From assembly GCA_964429175.1 (NCBI GenBank), contig CAYSBD010000001.1:7606-52745 (forward strand): DNA of 45,140 bases. The letters are read 5' to 3'. The notes below the pieces were generated by a model that saw nothing but the letters and a program-made list of their open reading frames with translations, did no database searches and was not told the origin of the DNA. Origin of the DNA: an uncultured Marinosulfonomonas sp. (GTDB lineage Bacteria; Pseudomonadota; Alphaproteobacteria; Rhodobacterales; Rhodobacteraceae). Of the stretch, positions 10,632 through 20,620 are shown piece by piece. Position 1 is the stretch's first letter. Every line of letters starts with the position of its first letter. The position numbers were made by a program, and so were the translations under genes.

Positions 10632-11450
10632 ATGTCAACAGGATTACTAAAAGGTAAACGCGGGCTGATTATGGGCCTTGCAAACAACAAATCCATCGCA
10701 TGGGGCATTGCCAAGGCCTGTTCCGATGCCGGCGCTGAATTGGCGTTCTCTTATATGGGCGATGCGTTTAAGAAGCGCGTGGTGCCATTGGCTGCGCAAC
10801 TTGGGGCAGATAAGCTGTATGATTGCGATGCCGGTGACGCGGCCTCGCTTGATGCGATGTTTGCGGATCTGGAAAAAGAATGGGGCACGCTGGATTTCGT
10901 TGTGCATGCGATCGGGTTTTCCGACAAGAACGAATTGCGCGGCCGCTACGTTGATACCAGCCCTGAAAATTTCCGCATGACGATGGATGTTTCGGTTTAC
11001 ACATTCACCGCCGTAACCCAGCGCGCCGCCAAGATGATGCCGGATGGTGGCTCGATCCTGACGCTGACCTATTACGGCGCCGAACAAGTGATGCCGCATT
11101 ATAATGTGATGGGCGTTGCCAAGGCCGCATTGGAAGCATCGGTGAAATATTTGGCCGAGGATCTGGGCAAAGACAACATCCGCGTTAATGCGATTTCTGC
11201 GGGACCGATTAAAACACTGGCCGCATCCGGCATTGGCGATTTTCGCTATATCCTGAAATGGAACGAGCTGAATTCACCGCTGCGGCGCAATGTCAGCCAG
11301 GACGAGGTCGGAAAATCGGCGCTTTATCTGCTCAGTGATCTGGCCTCGGGGGTTACGGGCGAAAACCTGCATGTGGATGCGGGTTATCATGTTGTCGGGA
11401 TGAAGGCGGTTGATGCGCCTGATATTGACGTGGTAACAGGCAAGAAATAA
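10632..11450 (+). CDS. fabI: Enoyl-ACP reductase
   Basis: GLANNKSIAWGIA, YNVMGVAKAALE, NAISAGPIKTLAA. Confidence 0.97.
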   Translation: MSTGLLKGKRGLIMGLANNKSIAWGIAKACSDAGAELAFSYMGDAFKKRVVPLAAQLGADKLYDCDAGDAASLDAMFADLEKEWGTLDFVVHAIGFSDKNELRGRYVDTSPENFRMTMDVSVYTFTAVTQRAAKMMPDGGSILTLTYYGAEQVMPHYNVMGVAKAALEASVKYLAEDLGKDNIRVNAISAGPIKTLAASGIGDFRYILKWNELNSPLRRNVSQDEVGKSALYLLSDLASGVTGENLHVDAGYHVVGMKAVDAPDIDVVTGKK

Positions 11451-11477
11451 CCGCAATTTAACAGCCGAGGACAGCCA

Positions 11478-11981
11478 ATGAGCACCCAACTTCCGCATGA
11501 AAAAGGTTTTCACATCAGCTGGGATCAAATCCACCGCGACAGCCGTGCTTTGGCTTGGCGGCTGGATGGCAAGGGGCCTGATAACGGCGCGTGGCGGGCG
11601 ATTGTGGCCATTACGCGTGGCGGCATGGCCCCGGCGATGATCATTGCGCGCGAGTTGGATGTGCGCACCGTCGATACCATCAGCATCAAATCCTACGTTC
11701 ACAAAGCCCGGTCCAAGGCCAAGGTGCTGAAATCACCCGATCCCGAAATGATGGGCGATGGATCCGGCATTTTGGTGATCGATGATCTGGTCGATACCGG
11801 CAAAACGCTGGAAGTGGTCAAGGGCCTTTACCCCAAAGCCCATATCGCCACGGTTTACGCCAAACCCCAAGGCCGCCCGATGGTGAACAGTTTCATCACC
11901 GAGGTTTCGCAGGACACCTGGATATTTTTCCCGTGGGACATGGCGCTGCAATATGTCGAACCTTATCGCGGCAAGGATTAA
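11478..11981 (+). CDS. gpt: Xanthine-guanine phosphoribosyltransferase
   Basis: [21 protein letters not shown] motif [19 protein letters not shown]. Confidence 0.93.
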   Translation: MSTQLPHEKGFHISWDQIHRDSRALAWRLDGKGPDNGAWRAIVAITRGGMAPAMIIARELDVRTVDTISIKSYVHKARSKAKVLKSPDPEMMGDGSGILVIDDLVDTGKTLEVVKGLYPKAHIATVYAKPQGRPMVNSFITEVSQDTWIFFPWDMALQYVEPYRGKD

Positions 11982-12094
11982 CACAACCTTTAAGCCGGCT
12001 TCAAAACCTTGCGATCCGGTCCCGAGTCCCCTTGCCCCTGTGCCGACAACCGCCTAAACATCGCGGAACATATTTTAAAACAAGGGTGGCATCC

Positions 12095-13945
12095 GTGAGC
12101 AGTCTCAAGAAAAAAAGCAGCAATGTAGCGGTCTGGGTTATCATATTATTGTTGATTGCGGGGCTTGGCGGTTTCGGCGTTAGCAATTTTGGCGGCAACG
12201 CAACCGCGATGGCCACCGTTGGCGATACCGAAATTGACACGAACGAATATTACCGCGCGCTTGATCAGGAATTGCGCGGGCTTGCGGCCCAGACCGGACA
12301 GCGCTTCACGTTAAATCAGGCGATTGCATTTGGCATTGACCAAAGCGTGCGCGCCCGGCTGGTGGCCAATGCTGCACTCGATAACGAGGCCGCGCGCATT
12401 GGTTTGTCGATCGGCGATGCGCGGGTAAAGGCCGAAGTTCTGGCCTCGCCGGCTTTTCAAGGGTCTGACGGGCGCTTTGACCGTGCGGGCTATGCGCAGG
12501 CGCTTCGGCGCTCGGGCCTAAACGAATCCGAGTTTGAAAACAGCATTCGCGTCGAGACCGCGCGCACAATTTTGCAAAGCGCAATCGTTGACGGCATCGC
12601 GGCCCCTGCCTCCATGACCGATGCGTTTTTGGCCTTTAACTTGCAACAGCGCAATTTTTCATGGATCAAGCTGGATCAAACCACCCTGCCCCAGCAACTG
12701 CCCGAGCCAACGGACGCGCAGCTTCAGGCCTATTATGATGCCAACAAAGCCAAGTTTACCGAGCCTGAAAAAAAGCGTCTGAATTATATCTGGCTGACTC
12801 CGGATATGATTGTTGATCAGGTTAAGGTCGATCTGGTGGCCCTGAAAGAAGAATTCGAAAAGCGCCGCGATCAATATTTCAGCCCCGAAACCCGTTTGGT
12901 TGAACGTCTGGTTTTTCCCGATCTTGAGGCAGCCAAAGCCGCCAAAGCCCGTCTGGATTCCGGCGAGGCCACATTCGCAGAGCTGACGTCCGAGCGCGGT
13001 CTCGAGCTGCTGGATATTGATCTGGGCAATGTAGCGATTGATGATCTGGAGCAGGCTGGCGAAGCGGTTTTTGCCATGGATAGCCCCGGTGTGATTGGGC
13101 CGCTGCAAACCGATCTGGGACCGGCATTATTTCGCATGAACGGCATTTTGGACGCACAGGAAACCACATTCGAGCAGGCCCGCGTTGAGTTACAGGCCGA
13201 ATTGGCGCTGGATCAGGCGCGGCGCGAAATCAATGCCAGTATCACCGATATTGATGATTTTCTGGCCGGCGGTGCCAGTCTGGCAGAGGTAGCAAACGAG
13301 ACCGATTTGCAGCTTTCAAGCATTGACTGGGCCGCTGGCGACAGCACGGGCATCGCGCGCTACAACGCCTTTCGCGAGGCAGCCGCGACTGTAAGTATTG
13401 GTGATTTCGCCGAAGTTATGGTGCTGGATGACGGCGGGATTTTCGCGCTTGAGTTTAGTGAAATCATCGCGCCCGCCCTGAACCCGATTGCTCAGGTGAT
13501 GCCATTTGTGATTGCCGGTTGGGAAAGCCGCGAGATTGGCACGCGCCTGACGGGCTTGTCGGAAGATCTGCAAACCCGCCTTGCCGATGGCGCGGATTTT
13601 ACAGCACTGGGCTTTGAGGTGATTGCCGAGCAGGACGTTTTGCGTAGCGATATTATCGAGGGCGTTGCACCCGAATTGATACAGGCCGTTTTTGAAATGG
13701 AAAAGGGCCAGATCAAAGCCGTCACGGCTGGTGGCGGCATGATTTTGGTGCGGCTGGATGGCATTTCAACCCCCGACAGCCATGATTCTGATTTGCAGGA
13801 TCAAAGGGTCGGATTGGAACAGGCCATTTCGCAATCCTTGGCGCAAGATATTTTTGCGGCCTTCAGCGGGGCGTTGCAAAACGAGGCGGGTGTTTACATT
13901 AACAGCGCGGCTGTAAACGCGGTGCATGCCCAATTTCCCCAATGA
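12095..13945 (+). CDS. ppiD: SurA-N/rotamase periplasmic chaperone (PpiD-like)
   Basis: Likely GTG start at 12095 (VSSLKKK) before a TM anchor; SurA_N-like ATVGDTEI...YYRAL; LQAYYDANKAKFTEPE; conserved position upstream of trpE. Confidence 0.85.
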   Translation: MSSLKKKSSNVAVWVIILLLIAGLGGFGVSNFGGNATAMATVGDTEIDTNEYYRALDQELRGLAAQTGQRFTLNQAIAFGIDQSVRARLVANAALDNEAARIGLSIGDARVKAEVLASPAFQGSDGRFDRAGYAQALRRSGLNESEFENSIRVETARTILQSAIVDGIAAPASMTDAFLAFNLQQRNFSWIKLDQTTLPQQLPEPTDAQLQAYYDANKAKFTEPEKKRLNYIWLTPDMIVDQVKVDLVALKEEFEKRRDQYFSPETRLVERLVFPDLEAAKAAKARLDSGEATFAELTSERGLELLDIDLGNVAIDDLEQAGEAVFAMDSPGVIGPLQTDLGPALFRMNGILDAQETTFEQARVELQAELALDQARREINASITDIDDFLAGGASLAEVANETDLQLSSIDWAAGDSTGIARYNAFREAAATVSIGDFAEVMVLDDGGIFALEFSEIIAPALNPIAQVMPFVIAGWESREIGTRLTGLSEDLQTRLADGADFTALGFEVIAEQDVLRSDIIEGVAPELIQAVFEMEKGQIKAVTAGGGMILVRLDGISTPDSHDSDLQDQRVGLEQAISQSLAQDIFAAFSGALQNEAGVYINSAAVNAVHAQFPQ

Positions 13946-13961
13946 TTAAAAGGCGTTAGGC

Positions 13962-15470
13962 GTGGCACTCACCCCATTATTCGATGACTTTTCCAAGCAA
14001 TTTGATGCGGGGGAAAATCAGCTGGTTTACACAAGATTGGCGGCCGATCTGGACACGCCGGTTTCCTTGATGCTGAAATTATCCGAGGCCCGCCAAGACA
14101 GTTTCATTCTGGAATCTGTCACCGGCGGCGAGGTGCGCGGGCGTTATTCGATCATCGGCGCAAAACCTGATCTGATCTGGCAATGCCACGGCAAAATCAG
14201 CCGCATTAACCGCGCGGCCCGGATTGATCGCGATGATTTCAACGATCAGGCCGGTGATCCGCTGGATAATCTGCGCGTACTGATCAAGGAAAGCCGCATC
14301 GAAATGCCCGATGATTTGCCGCCTGCTTCGGCCGGTCTGTTTGGTTATCTGGGCTATGATATGATCCGGCTGGTCGAACATTTACCCGATATTAACCCCG
14401 ACCCGTTAGGCCTACCCGATGCCATTATGATGCGCCCGTCGGTTGTGGTGGTTCTGGACGGGGTCAAGGGCGAGGTGATCGTGGTTGCGCCCGCTTGGGT
14501 TGGTAGCGGGCTGTCGGCCAAGGCCGCTTTTGCGCAGGCTGCGGAGCGGGTGATGGATGCGGTGCGCGATCTGGAACGCCAGACACCGGATGTGGCGCGC
14601 GATTTGGGCGATGCGGCGCAGGCAGGTGATATTCGCTGCAATTTCAGCGAGGATGGCTATAAGGCTGCAGTTGAAAAAGCCAAGGATTACATTCGTGCCG
14701 GCGATATTTTTCAGGTGGTCCCCAGTCAGCGTTGGGCGCAGGATTTCAAGCTGCCTCCGTTTTCACTTTATCGTTCATTAAGACGGACTAACCCGTCACC
14801 TTTTATGTTTTACTTTAACTTTGGAGGATTTCAGGTGATCGGCGCCAGCCCCGAAATTCTGGTGCGTGTGTTTGGCCGTGAAATCACCATCCGCCCAATC
14901 GCCGGCACCCGGCATCGCGGCGCAAACCAAGAAGAAGATCGCGCGCTGCAGGCGGATTTGCTGGCCGATAAAAAAGAGCTGGCCGAGCATCTGATGCTGC
15001 TTGATCTGGGCCGCAATGATGTGGGGCGGGTTGCAAAAATTGGCACGGTTCGCCCGACCGAGGAATTCAATGTCGAACTTTACAGCCATGTGATGCATAT
15101 CGTTTCAAATGTGGTTGGCGAGCTGGCGGATGAGCATGATGCGCTGGGTGCCTTTTTGGCTGGAATGCCTGCGGGCACGGTTTCGGGGGCACCCAAAGTG
15201 CGGGCGATGCAGATTATTGACGAGCTGGAACCGGAGAAACGCGGCGTTTACGGTGGTGGTGTCGGCTATTTTTCGGCCAGCGGTGATATGGATATGTGCA
15301 TTGCGCTGCGCACGGCCGTTCTGAAGGATGAAACGCTTTATATTCAGGCTGGCGGTGGCGTGGTTTATGACAGTGATCCACAGGCCGAATATCAGGAAAC
15401 CGTCAATAAATCCAAGGCGATACGCAAAGCGGCCGAAGATGCCGGGCTGTTTGTGCGCGGACGAAATTAG
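13962..15470 (+). CDS. trpE: Anthranilate synthase component I
   Basis: ADLDTPVS, LESVTGGE, GDIFQVVPSQR, NPSPFM, EHLMLLDLGRND, GTVSGAPKVRAM. Confidence 0.97.
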   Translation: MALTPLFDDFSKQFDAGENQLVYTRLAADLDTPVSLMLKLSEARQDSFILESVTGGEVRGRYSIIGAKPDLIWQCHGKISRINRAARIDRDDFNDQAGDPLDNLRVLIKESRIEMPDDLPPASAGLFGYLGYDMIRLVEHLPDINPDPLGLPDAIMMRPSVVVVLDGVKGEVIVVAPAWVGSGLSAKAAFAQAAERVMDAVRDLERQTPDVARDLGDAAQAGDIRCNFSEDGYKAAVEKAKDYIRAGDIFQVVPSQRWAQDFKLPPFSLYRSLRRTNPSPFMFYFNFGGFQVIGASPEILVRVFGREITIRPIAGTRHRGANQEEDRALQADLLADKKELAEHLMLLDLGRNDVGRVAKIGTVRPTEEFNVELYSHVMHIVSNVVGELADEHDALGAFLAGMPAGTVSGAPKVRAMQIIDELEPEKRGVYGGGVGYFSASGDMDMCIALRTAVLKDETLYIQAGGGVVYDSDPQAEYQETVNKSKAIRKAAEDAGLFVRGRN

Positions 15471-15572
15471 GGCGCTGTGACACGGTTTTGGGACCTACCC
15501 CGCTTTAGATCACTTTAAGAAAATCTGGAATCGGCAATAATTATCTTATAAAAATAATCGGAATTGACATCT

Positions 15573-15589
15573 CTGACTATTTTTGTCAG
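15573..15589. promoter_or_regulatory. Iron-Rhodo-box-like palindrome within a sigma70 promoter
   Basis: CTGAC-TATTTTT-GTCAG just downstream of TTGACA (15564-15569); matches the recalled CTGActrawtyagTCAG motif of Rhodobacteraceae iron genes. Confidence 0.75.
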
Positions 15590-15655
15590 ATATATCCGTA
15601 ATGGATTCTTTACCTGACGAAAATCTAGCCGAATTCATATGAAAGAGAGGTTCAG

Positions 15656-15814
15656 ATGCAAACATCTTTGCGGCAAAACCAAATTGATGCGGGCAGTCAT
15701 GAAAATGCTGTTCTACCCAGTTTTCTGGCGCTCTTGCAATTTTTAATGCAGGGATTATTTCCCGGCGAACAACACATCGGATCCTTACTGGACCACATAG
15801 AGGGCACATCATGA
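15656..15814 (+). CDS. Unannotated 52-aa small protein with a hydrophobic segment, coupled to hemP
   Basis: AAAGAGAGG SD 5 nt before the ATG; open to a TGA that overlaps the hemP ATG (ATGA); MQTSLRQNQIDAGSHENAVLPSFLALLQFLMQGLFPGEQHIGSLLDHIEGTS. Confidence 0.6.
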   Translation: MQTSLRQNQIDAGSHENAVLPSFLALLQFLMQGLFPGEQHIGSLLDHIEGTS

Positions 15815-15987
15815 ACGCGCATTCAGCCATGTCGGCGACACCAAAACAGATGCAACGCACAGAAACATTGCCAACTTATGACGCAAAAGATCTGACGCAG
15901 GATGGCGTGCAGGCGCAAATTGTTCTGAATGACCAGACCTATTTCCTGCGCATAACCCGTGCCGGAAAACTGATTTTGACAAAATGA
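15811..15987 (+). CDS. hemP: Hemin uptake protein HemP/HmuP (58 aa)
   Basis: C-terminus YFLRITRAGKLILTK is the HemP signature; GAGGG SD; absent from the ORF track. Confidence 0.92.
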   Translation: MNAHSAMSATPKQMQRTETLPTYDAKDLTQDGVQAQIVLNDQTYFLRITRAGKLILTK

Positions 15988-16484
15988 ACACAGGCAATCA
16001 GGCCCGCGGCGGTGCACCTGTTGGCAGGCTGTCCGAATTGGCACCGGTCGAGCTGGCCGCGATCCGCTGTTTGCGCCTGTGGTTTTCGGGTAACCAAAAC
16101 AGGATCTGGCGTGATTTTCACAACCGACTTAGCAATTCGGCCGCAAAAGAAGCCATGGTTTCGCTAACCGCGCTGATGGATGCCGTGCAGTTTTCGGCCC
16201 GTCGCCCCCTGCTGCGCCACAGCGATCAATGCGATTGCTTTGGTGGTGATGAATGCGCATTTGCCCATTTTGTTGCCGCCGCCGGCAGCGGTAATTCGCA
16301 TGATGCCATGACCTTTGGCCTGCATCTGTTTGATAGTGACCAGCCAAAAGAAATCATGGGGAATGCTGCGATCTGCGGGCAAATATTTGCAACGATGGCC
16401 GGTCTTGATTCGACTTTCCAACCGGCACATAACAGCACAATTTCAGCCGAACCAACCCACCCGATGCCAAAACGCGCGCAATAA
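15984..16484 (+). CDS. Hypothetical protein with an RH-x3-CxC-x3-DEC motif, coupled to hemP
   Basis: ATGA overlap with hemP; RRPLLRHSDQCDCFGGDECAF. Confidence 0.75.
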   Translation: MNTGNQARGGAPVGRLSELAPVELAAIRCLRLWFSGNQNRIWRDFHNRLSNSAAKEAMVSLTALMDAVQFSARRPLLRHSDQCDCFGGDECAFAHFVAAAGSGNSHDAMTFGLHLFDSDQPKEIMGNAAICGQIFATMAGLDSTFQPAHNSTISAEPTHPMPKRAQ

Positions 16485-16639
16485 TCTGTAATAATTTACG
16501 GCCTTAAAAAACCACTTTTTTCGTGCGCAGGCTGCAAGCTACTAAAAGCCATACTTGACCTTATTAAGGCAAGCGCGTAATCACGACTTATTTACTAAAC
16601 TATAAAACAAGACTCCAAATATAAACGAGAGGGACCACC

Positions 16640-17899
16640 ATGAGAAAACTGATAACCGCAGCATTCGCCGCCACTGCTCTGACCGCAATGCCGGTATTGG
16701 CCGACAAAGCGACCGTTCTGGACACATATGCCAACATCGCCTACGCTGGTTTTGGTGACAGCCTAACATCGGCAAAGATGATGCAAACCGCGATCAACGA
16801 TTTTGTTGCCAACCCGTCGGCTGCAACGCATCAGCGCGCCAAAGACACCTGGATCAAAGCCCGCGTGCCTTACCAGCAAACCGAAGTTTACCGTTTTGGC
16901 AACGTGATCGTTGACGAATGGGAAGGCAAGGTAAACGCTTGGCCGCTGGACGAAGGCCTGCTGGATTATGTAACCGACGAATATGGTGGCCCGACCGATG
17001 AAAACCCGCTGGCAGTTCTGAACATTGTTGCAAACCCGATGTTTGAAATTTCCGGCACCAAAGTCGATGCGACAACGATCACCGCCGATCTGCTGGAAAA
17101 CACCCTGCACGAAGCTGGCGAAAATGAAGCCAATGTTGCAACCGGTTATCACGCCATCGAATTTCTGCTTTGGGGCATGGATAAAAGCGGCTGGGATCAC
17201 GGTGCCGGCAACCGCCCCTGGACCGATTATGCCAAAGGCGATGATTGCACCAATGGCAATTGCGACCGTCGTGGTGAATTACTGACGGTTCTGACCGATC
17301 TGCTGGTTTCCGATCTGGAATGGATGACCGCACAATGGGCCGATGGCGGCGATGCACGCACGGCCGTTACGGGCGATGAAATTGCCGGTATTACTGCAAT
17401 GCTGACCGGCATGGGTTCGCTTTCTTATGGCGAAACCGGTGGCGAGCGCATGAAACTGGGCCTGATGCTGAATGATCCTGAAGAAGAGCATGATTGTTTT
17501 TCCGACAACACCCACAACAGCCATTTCTTTAATGGCGTTGGCATCCGCAACGTTTATCTGGGCGAATATACCCGCACGGACGGCACTGTGGTTTCGGGTG
17601 CTTCGCTTGCATCCTTGGTTGAAGCCGCCGATGCCGGTGTGAACGCTGAAATGGTTGAAAACCTGAAGAAATCAGTCATTGCACTGGGCCGGATTAAAAC
17701 GGCTGCCGAGGGCGGATTTTCTTATGACATGATGCTGGAGCCGGGCAATGATGCCGGTGCCGGCCTGATCATGGGCGGGGTTGACGCGCTGGTAACACAA
17801 ACACGTTCGATCGAGCGTGCGACGGCTGTCTTGGGTCTGGACGCAATCGCAGTTGAAGGTTCCGACAGCCTGGACAATCCAAAAGCTGTTTTCGAGTAA
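16640..17899 (+). CDS. Imelysin-like (M75) iron-regulated protein, IrpA/IcmP-like
   Basis: Signal peptide; ARVPYQQTEVYRF, VNAWPLDEGLLDYV, ATGYHAIEFLLWG (GxHxxE), EEEHDCFSDNT. Confidence 0.92.
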   Translation: MRKLITAAFAATALTAMPVLADKATVLDTYANIAYAGFGDSLTSAKMMQTAINDFVANPSAATHQRAKDTWIKARVPYQQTEVYRFGNVIVDEWEGKVNAWPLDEGLLDYVTDEYGGPTDENPLAVLNIVANPMFEISGTKVDATTITADLLENTLHEAGENEANVATGYHAIEFLLWGMDKSGWDHGAGNRPWTDYAKGDDCTNGNCDRRGELLTVLTDLLVSDLEWMTAQWADGGDARTAVTGDEIAGITAMLTGMGSLSYGETGGERMKLGLMLNDPEEEHDCFSDNTHNSHFFNGVGIRNVYLGEYTRTDGTVVSGASLASLVEAADAGVNAEMVENLKKSVIALGRIKTAAEGGFSYDMMLEPGNDAGAGLIMGGVDALVTQTRSIERATAVLGLDAIAVEGSDSLDNPKAVFE

Positions 17900-17920
17900 A
17901 ACTTGATAAATAAGTAATCA

Positions 17921-17954
17921 GAAAATGGCGGCGCAGGAATGTGTCGCCATTTTC
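17921..17954 (+). terminator. Hairpin after the first imelysin gene (partial terminator or mRNA stabiliser)
   Basis: GAAAATGGCGGCGCA-GGAA-TGTGTCGCCATTTTC. Confidence 0.65.
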
Positions 17955-18071
17955 AATTCAAAACCGGCCATTAAAACCGACACCCAAAACCGATAAAAAG
18001 ACTCGTCTTTGCCGCCGCTCTCGGATAAAAACCAGACCACAACGCGCACACCAATACCAAAGGATCAACCC

Positions 18072-19586
18072 ATGGCACTGCGCCCGCTATTGTTACTCTC
18101 AGCAATCACGATTGCCACAACAGCCAGCGCAAGCAAACTGGGGCATGACCAGCACCTGTTTCCGACCTCGCGCACCCAAACCGAACGGGCGCGCATTGAT
18201 GCCGCCGTGCAACCCACCACCGATTTTTCCAAATCCGAACGCTCCGAGGCACTTTCGGCCGGCGCGGCAACCACCCCGGCAACAGATTCCGAAAAAATAT
18301 TTAAATTGCCCTCGGCGAATATGGCATTCGAGCGCCGGATGGCGTTTTTGCTGGGCGAGGCTTTGTTTGAAAAACTCTGGGTTTCCTCGCCGGCCTCGAC
18401 CAAAGCCTCTGACGGGGTTGGCCCGCTTTACAACGCGCGTTCCTGTGCGCGCTGCCACCCCGGCGCCGGACGTGGCACGCCGCTTGTTGCCGATGAAACG
18501 GCGCGCTCGTTTTTTCTGCGCCTGTCGATTCCCGGTGGTCCCGGCATGGCTGAAATCGACGGCTATCTGGCCAGCCTGCCCGAGCCGACTTATGGCAAAC
18601 AGCTGCAAAATGTTTCGGTTAGCGGCCAAGTTCCCGAAGGCCAGCCGGTGGTCAGCTATGAAGAAATTGAAATCAAACTGGCGGGCGGTGAAATTGTCAG
18701 CCTGCGAAAACCGACTTATTCGATTGAAAATCTTGGCCACGGCCCGCTGCACCCCGATGTGATGCTTTCGCCGCGCATTGCCCAGCAAATGATCGGGCTT
18801 GGCATGCTCGAAGCGATCCCCTCCGAGGTGATCATGGCCTTTGCCGATCCGGATGACGCCGATGGTGATGGCATTTCGGGGCGGGTTCAGGTTGTGATGG
18901 ATCCGGTCTGGGGCGAGCCGATGCTGGGGCGTTTTGGCCACAAGGCAGGGGCTGCCACGGTTTACATGCAATCGGCCGCGGCCTTTCATGCCGATATCGG
19001 CATTTCCACGCCGATGTTTCCGCAAGGTTATGGCGAATGCACCGAGGCCCAGCTTGATTGCCGCCGTGCGCCCGATGGCAATTCGCTGGCAAACGGTGAT
19101 CTGGAGCTGCCCGCCGAAGGCATGGATGCGGTTGCGTTTTATGCCGCGAATCTGGGCGTTCCGGCGCGGCGCGATGTGGATGATCCAACCGTTTTGCGCG
19201 GCAAGCAGATGTTTTACGAAACCGGCTGCATTGATTGCCACCGGCCCAAATTTGTCACCCACAGAATGCCCGATCACCCCGAGCAAAGTTTCCAGCTGAT
19301 CTGGCCCTACACCGATATGTTGCTGCATGATATGGGCCAAGGGCTGGCCGATCATCGCCCCGAAGGGCGCGCCAGCGGTTATGAATGGCGCACCGCCCCG
19401 CTTTGGGGGATTGGTTTAACGCAGCAAGTCAGCGGCCACAGTTATTTCCTGCATGACGGGCGCGCGCGCAATCTGCTCGAGGCCGTTTTGTGGCATGGTG
19501 GCGAAGCGGCCAAAGCCCGGCAAACCGTAGTAGAAATGCCAAAATCCGACCGCGATGCCCTGATCAAATTTTTAGAAAGCCTGTAA
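18072..19586 (+). CDS. Di-heme oxidoreductase/putative peroxidase (DHOR, DUF1111)
   Basis: ATG at 18072 with signal peptide; DGVGPLYNARSCARCH, DPDDADGDGISGR, GCIDCH, PYTDMLLHDMG, EWRTAPLWGIG, FLHDGRAR. Confidence 0.92.
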   Translation: MALRPLLLLSAITIATTASASKLGHDQHLFPTSRTQTERARIDAAVQPTTDFSKSERSEALSAGAATTPATDSEKIFKLPSANMAFERRMAFLLGEALFEKLWVSSPASTKASDGVGPLYNARSCARCHPGAGRGTPLVADETARSFFLRLSIPGGPGMAEIDGYLASLPEPTYGKQLQNVSVSGQVPEGQPVVSYEEIEIKLAGGEIVSLRKPTYSIENLGHGPLHPDVMLSPRIAQQMIGLGMLEAIPSEVIMAFADPDDADGDGISGRVQVVMDPVWGEPMLGRFGHKAGAATVYMQSAAAFHADIGISTPMFPQGYGECTEAQLDCRRAPDGNSLANGDLELPAEGMDAVAFYAANLGVPARRDVDDPTVLRGKQMFYETGCIDCHRPKFVTHRMPDHPEQSFQLIWPYTDMLLHDMGQGLADHRPEGRASGYEWRTAPLWGIGLTQQVSGHSYFLHDGRARNLLEAVLWHGGEAAKARQTVVEMPKSDRDALIKFLESL

Positions 19587-19602
19587 TTGGAAAGCCTGTA
19601 AA

Positions 19603-20616
19603 ATGCACACACAAATGCTTAAAATCCTGCCCTTTTGTTTTGGCCTGCTGGCCGCCCCTGCCGCGGCCGATATTAATGCGGTGATTGACGATCACATTAT
19701 CGCCAATGCCGCCGCCTTTAAACATGCCACCGCCGAAATGGCTGTGGCCGCGCAAATGGACTGCACTCCGGCTGGCGTAAAGGATGCCTATCATAATGCC
19801 TTTGATGCCTGGGTGCGGGCCAGCCACATCCGTTTTGGGCCGGTTGCAAATAATGGCGAGGGCATGGCCATTGCCTTTTGGCCCGATAAAAAAGGCAAGA
19901 TCGCCAAAATGATTTTCCGCATGATCAAACACGAAAATCCTGTCGTGCATGATCCGGTGGCTTTTGCCAAATATTCGGTGGCCGCGCGCGGTTTTTTTAC
20001 GCTTGAGCAGCTGCTTTATGTCGATAAATTTTCAAACTACAGCGCCGACAGCTACACTTGTGCTTTTACCCGCGCAATTACAGTTGATCTGGCCCGCATT
20101 GCCGATGAAACCCACGCCGGCTGGGTTGGTGGTTTTGACGAAATCCTGCGCACATCGGGTGCCGAGGGCAACGCGGTTTTTCTGACCGAAAAAGAAGGCC
20201 CGCAAGCCCTGTTCACCAGTCTTTTGGGCGGGCTTGAATATATTCATCGCCAGCAGCTGGGCCGCCCTTTGAATAAACTGGAACATCGCCGCCCCAAACG
20301 CGCCGAGGCATGGCGCTCAAACCGCAGCCTGCGAAATATCGTGATTTCACTGAAATCATTGCAGGAAATGGCGGGTATTCTGGCTGGTAATCAGGCTGGT
20401 AATCAGGCATGGAAAACCCTTGAATCGTTTAAAGAAACCATTATTTACGCTAAAACTCTGGAAGATGATGTGTTTAGCCGCATCAAGGAGGATTCGGCCA
20501 GCTTCCAGATTGAATATTTTCTGCTACTGGTTGACCAAACTTACGATATCACCAATACTGAACTGGGCGCGCAGATGGGTGTTGTGGCCGGCTTCAACGC
20601 GCTTGACGGGGATTAA
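19603..20616 (+). CDS. Second imelysin-family protein (lacks the HxxE His)
   Basis: Signal peptide; AFDAW...RFGP, IAFWPDKKG, ARGFFTLEQLLY, AEAWRS.RSLRNI, C-terminal GFNALDGD. Confidence 0.9.
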   Translation: MHTQMLKILPFCFGLLAAPAAADINAVIDDHIIANAAAFKHATAEMAVAAQMDCTPAGVKDAYHNAFDAWVRASHIRFGPVANNGEGMAIAFWPDKKGKIAKMIFRMIKHENPVVHDPVAFAKYSVAARGFFTLEQLLYVDKFSNYSADSYTCAFTRAITVDLARIADETHAGWVGGFDEILRTSGAEGNAVFLTEKEGPQALFTSLLGGLEYIHRQQLGRPLNKLEHRRPKRAEAWRSNRSLRNIVISLKSLQEMAGILAGNQAGNQAWKTLESFKETIIYAKTLEDDVFSRIKEDSASFQIEYFLLLVDQTYDITNTELGAQMGVVAGFNALDGD

Positions 20617-20620
20617 TCAG

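Noticed and set aside
15546-15860. Cys-rich 104-aa minus-strand ORF
   Set aside because: Antisense to the better-supported promoter, smORF and hemP on the plus strand
18099-19355. 418-aa antisense ORF inside the DHOR gene (likewise 5247-6212 in nrdJ, 33198-34163 in mmsA and 40907-41551 in uvrA)
   Set aside because: Shadow frames of GC3-biased real genes; no motifs or SD support
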